From an uncultured Prevotella sp. (GTDB taxonomy: Bacteria; Bacteroidota; Bacteroidia; Bacteroidales; Bacteroidaceae): DNA of 64,000 nucleotides. Under the pieces are notes generated by a model that worked only from the letters and a program-made list of their open reading frames with translations, made no database searches and was not told where the DNA came from. The stretch is taken from contig CALBLK010000030.1 of the NCBI GenBank assembly GCA_937895845.1, forward strand, positions 22,057 through 86,056, in the 5' to 3' direction. Both the position numbers and the translations under genes were made by a program. This document shows positions 9,747 through 19,393 of the stretch, one piece after another. Position 1 is the first letter of the stretch; each line of letters opens with the position of its first letter.

Positions 9747-10595
9747 TCACTTTATGATGTTGTCTGCCGTGTCCTCGTAATGGCTCTGCTTGTGAAACAA
9801 GCCGGCCAGCCGCTTGGACTGCACGCGCACCCGCTCGGCAAGAATGCTGGCCATCGGACGCTCGCCCAGCGTGCCGTAGCCTGTCACAGGGCGTGCCTTG
9901 CGGCTGTAAAGGAACACTATCCGGCCAAACCTTTTCAGTCCCAGGGCCAGCGATCCGTCCTCGCCCCTGCGGATGTCAGTGCGCAGCCCAACCTGCCGCG
10001 CGCAGTCTGTCCTGAAGGCCATCGTCATGCCCCGTACGCACAGCTCGGGACGCTTGAAGTGCTGCAGCCACAGAAACGCGTCACGCACCAGTTCGAACAG
10101 GTGCAGCCCCATGGCCGAGTGCCGCGTGTCGGGGTAGAAGCTCCAGAAAGTACCCACGCACACGTTTCCGCTACGTTCCAGCTTCCCCATCATCTTGTCT
10201 ACATAGCACTTGGGGTACATCGTGTCCGCATCGATGAAGAAATGGTACTTGCCCCGGGCTTTCTCCAGTCCGCACCGTCTTGCAAATCCCGGACTCTTCC
10301 GCGGCTCGTCGAAGCAGTCCACGCCAAGGGCCTTGAACACTTCGCCTGTCCCGTCGGCAGAGCTGTTGTTGACTCCCAGTATTTCCACCGGGTACTTTGT
10401 CTCCATTTCGCTCAGCGACCACAGGCACGCTGCCAGGCGGCACTCCTCGTTGTGTGCTATCACAACCAGCGACACCACCGGCGCTGTTGTCTTCTTGCGG
10501 CGTATGTTTTCCCTTATCACCGTCTTTGTCTGCTGGGGCACATCCTTGAACGGCATCCCATAGACTGACAGATATTTGTCAAACCACTTTGTCAT
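9747..10595 (-). CDS. Glycosyltransferase family 2
   Basis: VSLVVIAHNEE, VNNSSADGT, IDAD (DxD) and GED motifs. Confidence 0.9.
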   Translation of the reverse strand: MTKWFDKYLSVYGMPFKDVPQQTKTVIRENIRRKKTTAPVVSLVVIAHNEECRLAACLWSLSEMETKYPVEILGVNNSSADGTGEVFKALGVDCFDEPRKSPGFARRCGLEKARGKYHFFIDADTMYPKCYVDKMMGKLERSGNVCVGTFWSFYPDTRHSAMGLHLFELVRDAFLWLQHFKRPELCVRGMTMAFRTDCARQVGLRTDIRRGEDGSLALGLKRFGRIVFLYSRKARPVTGYGTLGERPMASILAERVRVQSKRLAGLFHKQSHYEDTADNIIK

Positions 10596-11635
10596 ACTGT
10601 GTCTGCTTGCTCTTTTTCCTCCTTGTCATGAGTGGTCACGCCGTTCTCTCCAGGTTGCTTCACGGGCTGGGCGCCCGGATTGGGGCTGCCGCCGCCAACG
10701 GCACTTGCGATGCGGCTGACCAGCGCCTTGTTGCTGCCGCTGAACTTCCGGGCAAACAGGTACTCCGATTCCAGCAGTTCGTCAGCATCTTCGTCCTGCC
10801 ATGTGTAGGGCTCTCCACGCCGCTGCTGCTCCCTGGAGGCCCGCTTGAAGTCGATGAAGCGCATGCAGCTGCGGATGCCGTTGTCCAGGTCGAAGATGCG
10901 GGCCTTGAACACCGGGTTGGAGATGAGCAGCGACTGCTTGTACATCTCGTCGGCACACGAGGTGTGGGCAAACCGGCGGTTAATGAACTTTTCGTTGGCT
11001 ATCAGGTAGGACACGGCTTCCTCGGTGAGCGACACCCAGTTGTGACCGGTGCGGAATGTCAGTTCGTTGCCGCGTGAGAAATGCAGTGCGTCCTGTATCT
11101 TCAGGGCGGCGTGGCGGACAAGCTGCGCCGCGACCACTTTCCACCGTGGCTCAAAGGGGCAGCGGAAGTTCCACCGCATCAGGAAATAGTAGCGCCGGCG
11201 CTTGCGCTCGGTGTCTGCCTTGATATAGTCTGTGCGGTCGAAGAATCCGATGAACTCGCGGCCCTCGTGCCCGTCGAAGAAGCGGTGGATGTAGTCCTGG
11301 CTCTTGATGGGCAGGTCGACTCCCGACAGTTTGTGGTAGTACTGGTAGGGGCCGTGCCGGTGGGCCTCCTTGAACAGTGCCATCTCGCTGTACACCTGGC
11401 TGACATCGCCCCACCGCACGTCATAGCGTGTTGGGGTGAAGCGCAAGGCAGACCGCTGTGGCTGGTAGAGCTGTGGCCATGCCTTTACTTTCTTGTCAAT
11501 GTGCAGGTAGATGTCGTTTCGCTCGTCGTCCAGCAGTGAGAGCAGCACGTTCAGCAGCCCCCATTCGTTGTGGGCCATGATGAGGTATGCGTGTCTGTGG
11601 TTGTCTGTCGCTTTTGCCATTTTCTTGTCGGTCAA
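10592..11635 (-). CDS. GT14-like beta-1,6-N-acetylglucosaminyltransferase (core-2/I-branching family)
   Basis: HAYLIMAH, LHIDKK, VRWG, LSGVDLPIK, G.NW.SL, ADE and FARKF motifs. Confidence 0.85.
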   Translation of the reverse strand: MTDKKMAKATDNHRHAYLIMAHNEWGLLNVLLSLLDDERNDIYLHIDKKVKAWPQLYQPQRSALRFTPTRYDVRWGDVSQVYSEMALFKEAHRHGPYQYYHKLSGVDLPIKSQDYIHRFFDGHEGREFIGFFDRTDYIKADTERKRRRYYFLMRWNFRCPFEPRWKVVAAQLVRHAALKIQDALHFSRGNELTFRTGHNWVSLTEEAVSYLIANEKFINRRFAHTSCADEMYKQSLLISNPVFKARIFDLDNGIRSCMRFIDFKRASREQQRRGEPYTWQDEDADELLESEYLFARKFSGSNKALVSRIASAVGGGSPNPGAQPVKQPGENGVTTHDKEEKEQADTV

Positions 11636-12777
11636 GTGCTGAGTAGGTTTTCAAACAGGTTTGTCCATGCTGCCATCACCTTGTCCTTGGTGAACAGGGC
11701 CGCCTTTTCCCGGGCGCGGGCGCTCATCGCCTCGCGGATGTCGCTGTTGTCAATGAGCCGTTCCATGCACGCGGCCAGCTGGCTGACGTTGCCATTCTCC
11801 ACCAAGAGGCCATTTTCGCCGTCGTTGATGATGTCGCCCGGGCCGTAGGGACAGTCGAACGACACGCAGGGCAGTCCGCACGCCATGGCTTCGACAAGCA
11901 CGAGTCCCCATCCCTCGTAGCGCGAGCTCATCACAAAGAAGGCGCTGTTCATGTACGCGCTGTATATGTCGTCAGTGGCGCCCATAAAGGTCATCGTGCC
12001 CGCTATGCCCAGTTGCCGGGTCAGTGCTTGCAGCCTTTCCCGGTCGCCTCCGTCACCAAACACGGCGATTGACCAGTCGGGGTGTCTCGGGGCCACCTCT
12101 TGCCAGGCCTCGGCCAGCAGGTCGAATCCCTTTTGCGGATGAAGCCGCCCCACGGCTATAATGCGCTTGGGCCTCATGGCAGTGGGGGGGACGGTGTCCG
12201 GGTACGCGGTCAGCGCATTGGGAATGACGGTGAGGTTGGTGTATCCCTTCCACTCGCGCCGGTCGTTCTCAGTGAGCACCACCACCCGTGCCGCCTTTCT
12301 CGCCTTCCTCAGACTGCGTGCCATCACCCATTTCTGTATCCACCGTTGCAGCTTTGGGGCTGACCTTGAAAAAATCGACACCTCTTTCCTGTACACATGC
12401 GATTCCACCACGCAGCGGTAAGGCAGGTCCAGCAGGAAGTCCAGGTGGAGTATTTCATACGTTGAGAACACCACCACGTCGGCCCTGAGGGCGTCCAAGG
12501 TGGCAGTCAGCTTCTTTTTGAAAGCCCTGCGCATGCGGAGATAGGACAAGCCCCGCCCTGGCAGGGGCTGCGCGTACAGGGTGAAGAAGCGAAAGTCCAG
12601 GCTGACACGGCGTACTTTGTCCGACAGGGGAAAGGCGGGCCGGTGGCTTCCCTGCTCGTAGGTGATGAAGGTGACATCATATCCGGCCACGTCTGCCAGG
12701 TAGTTCATCTTGTCACTGAAGATTCTCTCCATCCCTCCCTTTGCGGCAAACACTCTGAGTATATAGACTATTTTCAT
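11632..12777 (-). CDS. Glycosyltransferase family 4
   Basis: GGMER, VGRL..QKGFD and SRYEGWGLVLVEAMACG motifs. Confidence 0.92.
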   Translation of the reverse strand: MKIVYILRVFAAKGGMERIFSDKMNYLADVAGYDVTFITYEQGSHRPAFPLSDKVRRVSLDFRFFTLYAQPLPGRGLSYLRMRRAFKKKLTATLDALRADVVVFSTYEILHLDFLLDLPYRCVVESHVYRKEVSIFSRSAPKLQRWIQKWVMARSLRKARKAARVVVLTENDRREWKGYTNLTVIPNALTAYPDTVPPTAMRPKRIIAVGRLHPQKGFDLLAEAWQEVAPRHPDWSIAVFGDGGDRERLQALTRQLGIAGTMTFMGATDDIYSAYMNSAFFVMSSRYEGWGLVLVEAMACGLPCVSFDCPYGPGDIINDGENGLLVENGNVSQLAACMERLIDNSDIREAMSARAREKAALFTKDKVMAAWTNLFENLLST

Positions 12778-12787
12778 GGGTATGTGC

Positions 12788-13975
12788 TCAAGATTGTTCT
12801 AACCCGTCCGTCTGAAGCAACGCCGCAACGGCGCTGACCACCTGTCCCATCTGGACTTTCCAAGACAGACGGGCCACGCTGCTGCGGATGTCGCCGGGAT
12901 TCCACTCGCGGCTGTCGGCAAAGCGGATGAGCTGCCCGATGTCAATCGGTGTCTCGTCGGCCGGCACTTTCAGCACATAGGGCTGGGTGTCGAAGTCGCT
13001 GTCGCACTCGCTGTACACAAAGGGGATGCCCCGGGTGGCATATTCACGGTTCTTCAGAGTCTTGATGTGGGTGATGCCGCTGCGGTGGCGGGCCAGCGAG
13101 CCGATGGCCAGCTGGCACCGGGCGAACACGCTGTCAAGTGCAGTGCCGAACAGCGGACCGTGGAAAATCACGTGTCCGTGCAGGCCATAGCGGTCAACCA
13201 GCGTCTGAAAGCCCTCCTGCTTGGAGTTGCCGTACATATAGGGGGCGTCAACGCCGCCCACAATGTGGAAACAGACATCGCGCGGTATCCGTCCGTTCCG
13301 CCGCGCCTCTTGGTAATAAAGGCCCATTCCGGCTATCAGGCGGTCGAACCCATGCCAGCTGTGTACCTCGGCCACACCGATGAGGTGCAGCGGATTGGGT
13401 GCCGCGGGGAATGGGGCGTGCAGGGGCGTGCTGTCAAAGTCCACGCCGTTACTGATTCTGATGGTCTGCCGGCCGAAGATTTGCGACGCATCCGAGAAGG
13501 TGACAATCGCGCTCATCTGTCTGGCCAGACTGTGGCGGAACAGGCGGTCTATCCAGAAGCCCATGCGCATGGAGAGGGCCATGTCGCTGGTGTACTCCGC
13601 GTCATAGGGGTAGGTGGGTATCTCGGTCACTGTGGGTATGCCGGCCTGGCGCAGCTTTCTGAACAGCGACACCAGCCAGGGGCTGGCATTGTGGAAGCTG
13701 CGGGCGTAGACCAGCTCTATGCTCTCGCGCCGACAGTAGTCCAGCACGCAGCGGTAGCCCAAGCGCTGGCGGATGGCGGCCAGCCGCCCCAAGCCATAGT
13801 CTTGGATGACGCGGTCATCCACATAGCGGCAGCGGTGGCCTTCGGGCGAAAAGCCATAGTGGCACAGCCGTACGTCGTGGCCGTTCTCCCGCAGGCCTTT
13901 CACCTGGCTGTATATCTTCTTGCTGATGCCGCTGTACTCGGAAAAGCCGTGGTACGCCAAAAACAGTATTCTCAT
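12788..13975 (-). CDS. Glycosyltransferase family 4-like (GT-B fold)
   Basis: MRILFLAY...SGISKKI, ISNGVD, WHGFDRLI and LKNREY..RGIP motifs. Start taken at 13975. Confidence 0.8.
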   Translation of the reverse strand: MRILFLAYHGFSEYSGISKKIYSQVKGLRENGHDVRLCHYGFSPEGHRCRYVDDRVIQDYGLGRLAAIRQRLGYRCVLDYCRRESIELVYARSFHNASPWLVSLFRKLRQAGIPTVTEIPTYPYDAEYTSDMALSMRMGFWIDRLFRHSLARQMSAIVTFSDASQIFGRQTIRISNGVDFDSTPLHAPFPAAPNPLHLIGVAEVHSWHGFDRLIAGMGLYYQEARRNGRIPRDVCFHIVGGVDAPYMYGNSKQEGFQTLVDRYGLHGHVIFHGPLFGTALDSVFARCQLAIGSLARHRSGITHIKTLKNREYATRGIPFVYSECDSDFDTQPYVLKVPADETPIDIGQLIRFADSREWNPGDIRSSVARLSWKVQMGQVVSAVAALLQTDGLEQS

Positions 13976-14010
13976 AGCCCGCACTGTCTCACCTGTTGTC
14001 TCGTGCCATC

Positions 14011-15411
14011 TCACTCATCGGCCTGGAACAGGGGGTCTTCGGGCATCACCATCTCGGCCTTCTGCTCGCTGAGCTTGAGGATGTCGGCCGGCACATAGCG
14101 TTTGTCTACCACCAGGCGGAACATATACTCACGCATCCAGCGGTCGGTCATCACCATGCAGCCTTTCTGTCCCCAGCTGCTTCCCCAGCTGTTCTCCACC
14201 TTCCACTTCAGGGCCTTGCCCTGCGCGTCAAGGTCAACGGCGGCAAGGGTCATGGCGTGGGTCGAGCCGCTGTCGAAGGTGCTGATGCGCTCGGCCTTGT
14301 CCATGCCGAAGGTGGTGCCGAACAGCGAGCCGTAGTCAAAGTTCTCTGTGTCACCGTAGCCGCGCTTGCGGTCGAGCATCTTCCCCACATCGTAGGAGCT
14401 GTACATCTTGTGCCCGCCCTTGAGCGATGCGATGGCCAGCCGCTCTATGTCGTCCATCGTGAGGTTGAGATACTTCCAGTTGTGGCCGTCGTAGGTGTGG
14501 CGGTCGTACTCCACCTCGTAGGTCTTGTTGTAGGGGCGGCGCGGGTCGTTCATCACCATGATGAAGGTGCCGTTGATGGGTCCGCCCACCACCTCGCTGA
14601 AAAACGATTGGGGGGTGTAGCGTTTGCAGACCGTAACCGTGCGCCCGTTCTTGTTCTTAAAGGCGTAGTCAAACTGTGCCGGTGGCTCGCCGATGGTCAT
14701 GGCCAGCATCTTGTAGACGGTGCCCAGCATGCGCGTCTTCTCGGCATTGATGGCACTGGCCTTCTTGCCTTCGGCCACCATCTTGCGCAACTGCAGCCCA
14801 TACTCGCGCAGCTTTGACGCCACCAGGCGCGACATCCGGCTGGTGTTGTCGCTCGAATAGGTCTCGGGCATCACTGACTGGGGCACCAGCCCGTACTTGT
14901 CGGCCAGGTCGGCCACACCGCAAAAGGTGCCGCCGTCGCTGATGGGGTTCTTGAAGAAGAACTGCACGCGCTGGTCGTCTATGGGCTTCTTGCCGGTGTC
15001 AACGACACCTTGCAGGAAGAGGTTGGCCTTTTCCAGCTGGTCGTAGAAGAAGAGGTAGGCCTGCGAGAACTCCACGCGCAGCGAGTCGGTACGCTTGGCG
15101 AAGTTGGCCTTGAGCACGTTCATGCCGCTGAACATCCAGCAGCGGCCGCTGCTCTGCTGGTCGGTGATGGTCTGCCCGGGTGTCTCCACACTGAACTGGG
15201 TGTCTATCTCGCCGGCATTGTTGCGGTTCTTGGCCAGGTTGTCTATCGGGTTGGCTGCAATGGCGTTGGCCAGGGCCTTGTCGGCCACGGTCATTTTCTG
15301 CGCCTTGCGGATGTCTCTGAGCATTTGCTCGGATATGCCTCCTCCTACTGTCTGGGCGATAGCGGACGTGGCGATGGTCATCGCCGCGGCAAATAACAGT
15401 TTTCTTTTCAT
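14011..15411 (-). CDS. pepC: Secreted C1B cysteine aminopeptidase (aminopeptidase C / bleomycin hydrolase family)
   Basis: Signal peptide; QQSSGRCWMF (catalytic Cys), THAM (His) and WKVENSWG (Asn). Confidence 0.92.
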   Translation of the reverse strand: MKRKLLFAAAMTIATSAIAQTVGGGISEQMLRDIRKAQKMTVADKALANAIAANPIDNLAKNRNNAGEIDTQFSVETPGQTITDQQSSGRCWMFSGMNVLKANFAKRTDSLRVEFSQAYLFFYDQLEKANLFLQGVVDTGKKPIDDQRVQFFFKNPISDGGTFCGVADLADKYGLVPQSVMPETYSSDNTSRMSRLVASKLREYGLQLRKMVAEGKKASAINAEKTRMLGTVYKMLAMTIGEPPAQFDYAFKNKNGRTVTVCKRYTPQSFFSEVVGGPINGTFIMVMNDPRRPYNKTYEVEYDRHTYDGHNWKYLNLTMDDIERLAIASLKGGHKMYSSYDVGKMLDRKRGYGDTENFDYGSLFGTTFGMDKAERISTFDSGSTHAMTLAAVDLDAQGKALKWKVENSWGSSWGQKGCMVMTDRWMREYMFRLVVDKRYVPADILKLSEQKAEMVMPEDPLFQADE

Positions 15412-15524
15412 TTTTTGTCCTCGGTCGTTTATTGTCTGTTGTCTTGTTTGTTTATTTAGCTATACTTATATAATAATGGTATGCTTAGGTAACAGCTTGT
15501 GAAACACGCATTGCTTCACATCGA

Positions 15525-15669
15525 CAAAGTTAGCGAAAAAATTCCGAACGGCACCCCATCTGAATGTCTAAAAACACCTTTTTATTCTCCAAAAAGTCGG
15601 ATATAAACGGCAGAATCAAAAAATATACTGCATAATCTTGGCCTATCAGGAATAAAAACAGTACCTTTG
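15525..15669. promoter_or_regulatory. Divergent sigma-A promoters (pepC operon and OMP)
   Basis: Minus-strand TAACTTTG at 15532-15525 and plus-strand TACCTTTG at 15662-15669, within an AT-rich spacer. Confidence 0.65.
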
Positions 15670-15717
15670 CACACGTTATTTAAACACTAAATTACAAATT
15701 TTAAAAAACTGAAAATT

Positions 15718-16254
15718 ATGAAAAAGTTTTTCATGATGGCTGCTCTCGCAGTCGCTTCTATGACTGCCAGCGCACAGATTTACGTTGGTGGGTCTCTCGG
15801 CTACAATTCTGTAAAGGCCACTGAGGATGCTGAAAAGACTTCAACTTTCTCTATCAAGCCTGAGGTTGGCTACAACCTCGACGAGAACTGGGCTGTTGGT
15901 ATCCAGCTGGGTTATACAAGTGCTGATGACGGTAAATCCACTGTAAGTGAGTTTGAGATTGCTCCGTATGCCCGTTACACTTTCGCCAAGAGCGGCATTG
16001 CCTCTTTCTTCGTTGACGGTGGCATCCAGTATGTTTCTCTCGGTTCCGATGCCAAGGGCTCTACTTTCGGCGTTGGCTTCCGCCCCGGTGTGAAGATTGC
16101 CGCTTCTGAAAAGGTTGATCTCGTTGCAAAGCTCGGCTACTTAGGCTACAAGTCTGCCAACGACGATGCCCAGGTTGCCGGTTATGCCAAGGAGCAGATT
16201 GGCTTTAACATTGACAACACCAGCCTGGAGTTCGGTGTGTTCTTTAACTTCTAA
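15718..16254 (+). CDS. Small outer-membrane beta-barrel protein (OmpA-like TM domain / porin family)
   Basis: Signal peptide, alternating amphipathic strands and a C-terminal Phe (FGVFFNF). T/C-ending codon usage suggests high expression. Confidence 0.85.
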   Translation: MKKFFMMAALAVASMTASAQIYVGGSLGYNSVKATEDAEKTSTFSIKPEVGYNLDENWAVGIQLGYTSADDGKSTVSEFEIAPYARYTFAKSGIASFFVDGGIQYVSLGSDAKGSTFGVGFRPGVKIAASEKVDLVAKLGYLGYKSANDDAQVAGYAKEQIGFNIDNTSLEFGVFFNF

Positions 16255-16278
16255 TCAAGTCGACAGACGAACAAAACT

Positions 16279-16321
16279 AAAAAAAATGCGTCCGGCCAAC
16301 ATGGCCGGACGCATTTTTTTT
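16279..16321. terminator. Bidirectional intrinsic terminator between the OMP gene and thiL
   Basis: A8-tgcgtccggcca / tggccggacgca-T8 perfect inverted repeat. Confidence 0.92.
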
Positions 16322-16423
16322 ATGCATAGTTACTGTTTGTCCAAGACAAGGAGCAACGTTATCATAAAATACCTCCTGCACAAGAACAAAGGCTTGTGCG
16401 GGGGGAGGAGAAGAGGGTGGGGG

Positions 16424-17491
16424 CTATTTCTTCAGCGGGTTCCAGCCCTGCGCCTTCAGGTCGAACTCGTTGCCGTCGCGGGTGACCAGCACCCGTCCGA
16501 GGCTCTCCTTTGTGATGTGCCCGATGAGCTTCACGTCGTTCAGCGTCTCTATCTTGGCGAGGTCGCCAATGGGCACGGTGAAGAGCAGCTCGTAGTCCTC
16601 GCCGCCGTTCAGCGCGCAGGTGGTCACGTTCATGTTCAGCTCCTCGGCCATCACCGCCGTCTGGTAGTCGACGGGCAGGTTCTTCTCAAAGATGCGGCAC
16701 CCCACATGGCTCTGGGTGCAGATGTGTATCAGCTCGCTCGACAGGCCGTCGCTCACGTCTATCATGGCCGTGGGGCGGATGCCGGCCTCCCGCAGCTGTG
16801 CGATGATGTCACCCCTGGCCTCGGCCTTGAGCTGCCGTTGCAGCAGATACTCCTTGCCGGCAAAGTCGGGCTGGAAGTCGCTTAGCTCCTTGAGTGCCCG
16901 CCGGTCTCCCCTCCGCTTGGCCTCGTTCACCTGCTGGTAGTACACGCTCTTCTCGCGCTCCAGCAGCTGCAGGCCCATATAGGCCGCGCCGAGGTCGCCC
17001 GTCACGCAGACAAGGTCGGTCTCCCTGGCCCCGTGGCGGTAGACGATGTCCTCGCGGCTGGCCTCGCCGATGCAGGTGATGCTGATGGCCAGCCCGGTGT
17101 AGGAGGAGGTGGTGTCGCCGCCAACGATGTCAACCTGCCATTTGTTGCAGGCCGCCCTCAGCCCCTCGTAGAACAGCTCGATGTCCTCAACGGTGAACCG
17201 CTTGCTCAGCGCCAGGCTCACCGTGAGCTGGCGCGGCGTCCCGTTCATGGCAAACACGTCGCTGATGTTGACCATGGCCGACTTGTAGCCAAGGTTTCTG
17301 AGGTCGGTGTAGGTCAGGTCAAAGTGTACGCCCTCCATCAGCATGTCCGTGGTGACGAGCACCGCCTTGCCCCCATAGTCGAGCACGGCGCAGTCATCGC
17401 CAACGCCCTGCACGGTAGAGGCGTTCCGGGGCTTGAGGTCTTTGGTGAGCCGGTCAATCAGGCCGAACTCACCAATTTGCGATATGTCCAT
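16424..17491 (-). CDS. thiL: Thiamine-monophosphate kinase
   Basis: GEFGLI, GDDCA, NISDVFAMNG, GGDT, DVSDGL and GGEDYELLFT motifs. Confidence 0.95.
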   Translation of the reverse strand: MDISQIGEFGLIDRLTKDLKPRNASTVQGVGDDCAVLDYGGKAVLVTTDMLMEGVHFDLTYTDLRNLGYKSAMVNISDVFAMNGTPRQLTVSLALSKRFTVEDIELFYEGLRAACNKWQVDIVGGDTTSSYTGLAISITCIGEASREDIVYRHGARETDLVCVTGDLGAAYMGLQLLEREKSVYYQQVNEAKRRGDRRALKELSDFQPDFAGKEYLLQRQLKAEARGDIIAQLREAGIRPTAMIDVSDGLSSELIHICTQSHVGCRIFEKNLPVDYQTAVMAEELNMNVTTCALNGGEDYELLFTVPIGDLAKIETLNDVKLIGHITKESLGRVLVTRDGNEFDLKAQGWNPLKK

Positions 17492-18304
17492 TCAGTCGTT
17501 CCTGTTAATCATCTCCCGCATTATCTCCGTCATGAGCGGCTGCGCCTTGTTGGCTGCCACCTGCACCTCCTCGTGGCTCACCTCCACGGGCCGGTCTTCC
17601 AGGCCCAGGTCGGTGATGATGCTGATGCCGAAGGTCTTGATGCCGCAGTGGTGGGCCACAATCACCTCGGGAACGGTGCTCATGCCCACGGCGTCGCCGC
17701 CCAGGCGGTGGTACATCTTGTATTCGGCCGGTGTCTCGAACGTGGGGCCCTGCACACCGATGTACACACCGTGTACCAGGCGGATGCCCTTCTCCTTGGC
17801 TATTTTGTCAGCCTCGGCAACGAGGGCCTTGTCGTAGGTCTCGTGCATGTCGGGGAAGCGGGGCCCGGTGGGGAAGTTCTTTCCGCGCAGCGGGTGCTCG
17901 GGGAAGAAGTTGATGTGGTCGGTAATCACCATCAGGTCGCCAATCTTGAACTCCGGGTTCATGCCCCCCGAGGCGTTGGACACGAACAGGGTCTTGATGC
18001 CCAGCTCGTACATCACGCGGATGGGGAAGGTCACCTCCTTCATCGAGTAGCCCTCGTAGTAGTGGAAGCGGCCCTGCATGGCCATGATGTCCTTGCCGCC
18101 CAGCTTGCCGAAAATCAGCTTTCCGCTGTGCCCCTCGACGGTGGACACCGGGAAATTGGGTATCTCCCTGTAGGGGAACTCGTAGGTGTCAGTTATTTCT
18201 GAAGCTAATTGTCCGAGGCCTGTTCCCAGAATGATGGCTGTCCTTGGGCTTGTTGTCATCCTTTGCCTTAGCCAGGATGCTGTTTCTTGAATTTTTTCGT
18301 ACAT
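17492..18304 (-). CDS. punA: Purine nucleoside phosphorylase (trimeric family)
   Basis: ILGTGLG, STVEGHSG, QGRFHYYEGY, GPTFETPAE and VGMSTVPE motifs. Confidence 0.93.
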   Translation of the reverse strand: MYEKIQETASWLRQRMTTSPRTAIILGTGLGQLASEITDTYEFPYREIPNFPVSTVEGHSGKLIFGKLGGKDIMAMQGRFHYYEGYSMKEVTFPIRVMYELGIKTLFVSNASGGMNPEFKIGDLMVITDHINFFPEHPLRGKNFPTGPRFPDMHETYDKALVAEADKIAKEKGIRLVHGVYIGVQGPTFETPAEYKMYHRLGGDAVGMSTVPEVIVAHHCGIKTFGISIITDLGLEDRPVEVSHEEVQVAANKAQPLMTEIMREMINRND

Positions 18305-19385
18305 AACCTATAATGTTTTCGTTAAAGCGCTTCTCTTGGCCGAGCATGAACCTGATGCCCACGGGCAAGGTGTAGATGTTGTGCCTCACCTCGTCGCTCA
18401 GTCCCTCGGTGCCGAATAGCCTTGCGGCGTCCTTCTCGGTGGTGACGATGAGCTTGGGCGCTTCCATCGCCTTGAATGTCCGGTTGATGTGCTCGATGTC
18501 ACTCGCCGAGTAGGCGTGGTGGTCACCATAGGTCAGCGGTGTGATGTGCGTTGTGTGGGGATGCAGGTCAACCAGCATCTGCTTGGGCGAGGCGATGCCT
18601 GTGAGCAGCAGGATGTGGTCCTTGGGGGTCAGTGTGGCCAGTGGCCTGGGGTTGCCGCAGTACATCGGTGTGAGGTCGCCGTACACCAGTGTGGTGAAAT
18701 ACAGGTGCTGGTAGGGGTACAGGTTCATGGCTTTGGCAATCACCCGGTATTCCATGGGCTTCAGCTCGGCCGGACACTTGGTTACAATCACGATGTCCGC
18801 CCTGTTCTTGCCCGACAGCGGCTCGCGCAGCCGCCCCGCGGGCAGCAACTTGTCGTAGATGATCAGCCGGTGGTAGTCCACCAGCAGGATGTTGATGCCG
18901 GGCTTGACGTAGCGGTGCTGGAACGCGTCGTCAAGCAGCACCACGTCAATGTCGCTGTGCTTGTTTGCGGCAGCCTCGCCGCGGCCTGCGCTTGCGGTCA
19001 GCTGCTCAATGCCGTGGCAGCGGTTGCGGTCAACGGCCACCGTGACATCATGATACTTGGCCTTTATCTGGTAAGGCTCGTCGCCAATCTCTGCCACGGT
19101 CGACTTGCTGTTGGCCACCACGAAGCCCTTGCTCTTTCGCTTGTAGCCCCTGCTGAGCACTGCTACATTAAACTTGTTGTGCAACAGGTTGATGAGATAT
19201 TCCACGTGCGGGGTCTTTCCCGTGCCCCCGGCCGTGATGTTGCCCACGGAGATGACCGGCACGCTGAAGCTGCGGCTTTTCAGAACGCCGATGTCAAAGA
19301 GCAGGTTGCGCAGTTTCACCCCCCAGCCATAGACATAGCTGAACGGAAGCATCCATTCGTTGATTCTGATGAAATCGCCTTCCAT
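18189..19385 (-). CDS. lpxK: Tetraacyldisaccharide 4'-kinase
   Basis: VGNITAGGTGKTP, SRGY, GDEP, LDDAFQH, LPAGRLREP, DHH and TTEKDAAR motifs. Start at MEGDFI (19385). Confidence 0.95.
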   Translation of the reverse strand: MEGDFIRINEWMLPFSYVYGWGVKLRNLLFDIGVLKSRSFSVPVISVGNITAGGTGKTPHVEYLINLLHNKFNVAVLSRGYKRKSKGFVVANSKSTVAEIGDEPYQIKAKYHDVTVAVDRNRCHGIEQLTASAGRGEAAANKHSDIDVVLLDDAFQHRYVKPGINILLVDYHRLIIYDKLLPAGRLREPLSGKNRADIVIVTKCPAELKPMEYRVIAKAMNLYPYQHLYFTTLVYGDLTPMYCGNPRPLATLTPKDHILLLTGIASPKQMLVDLHPHTTHITPLTYGDHHAYSASDIEHINRTFKAMEAPKLIVTTEKDAARLFGTEGLSDEVRHNIYTLPVGIRFMLGQEKRFNENIIGYVRKNSRNSILAKAKDDNKPKDSHHSGNRPRTISFRNN

Positions 19386-19393
19386 GAACCTGC

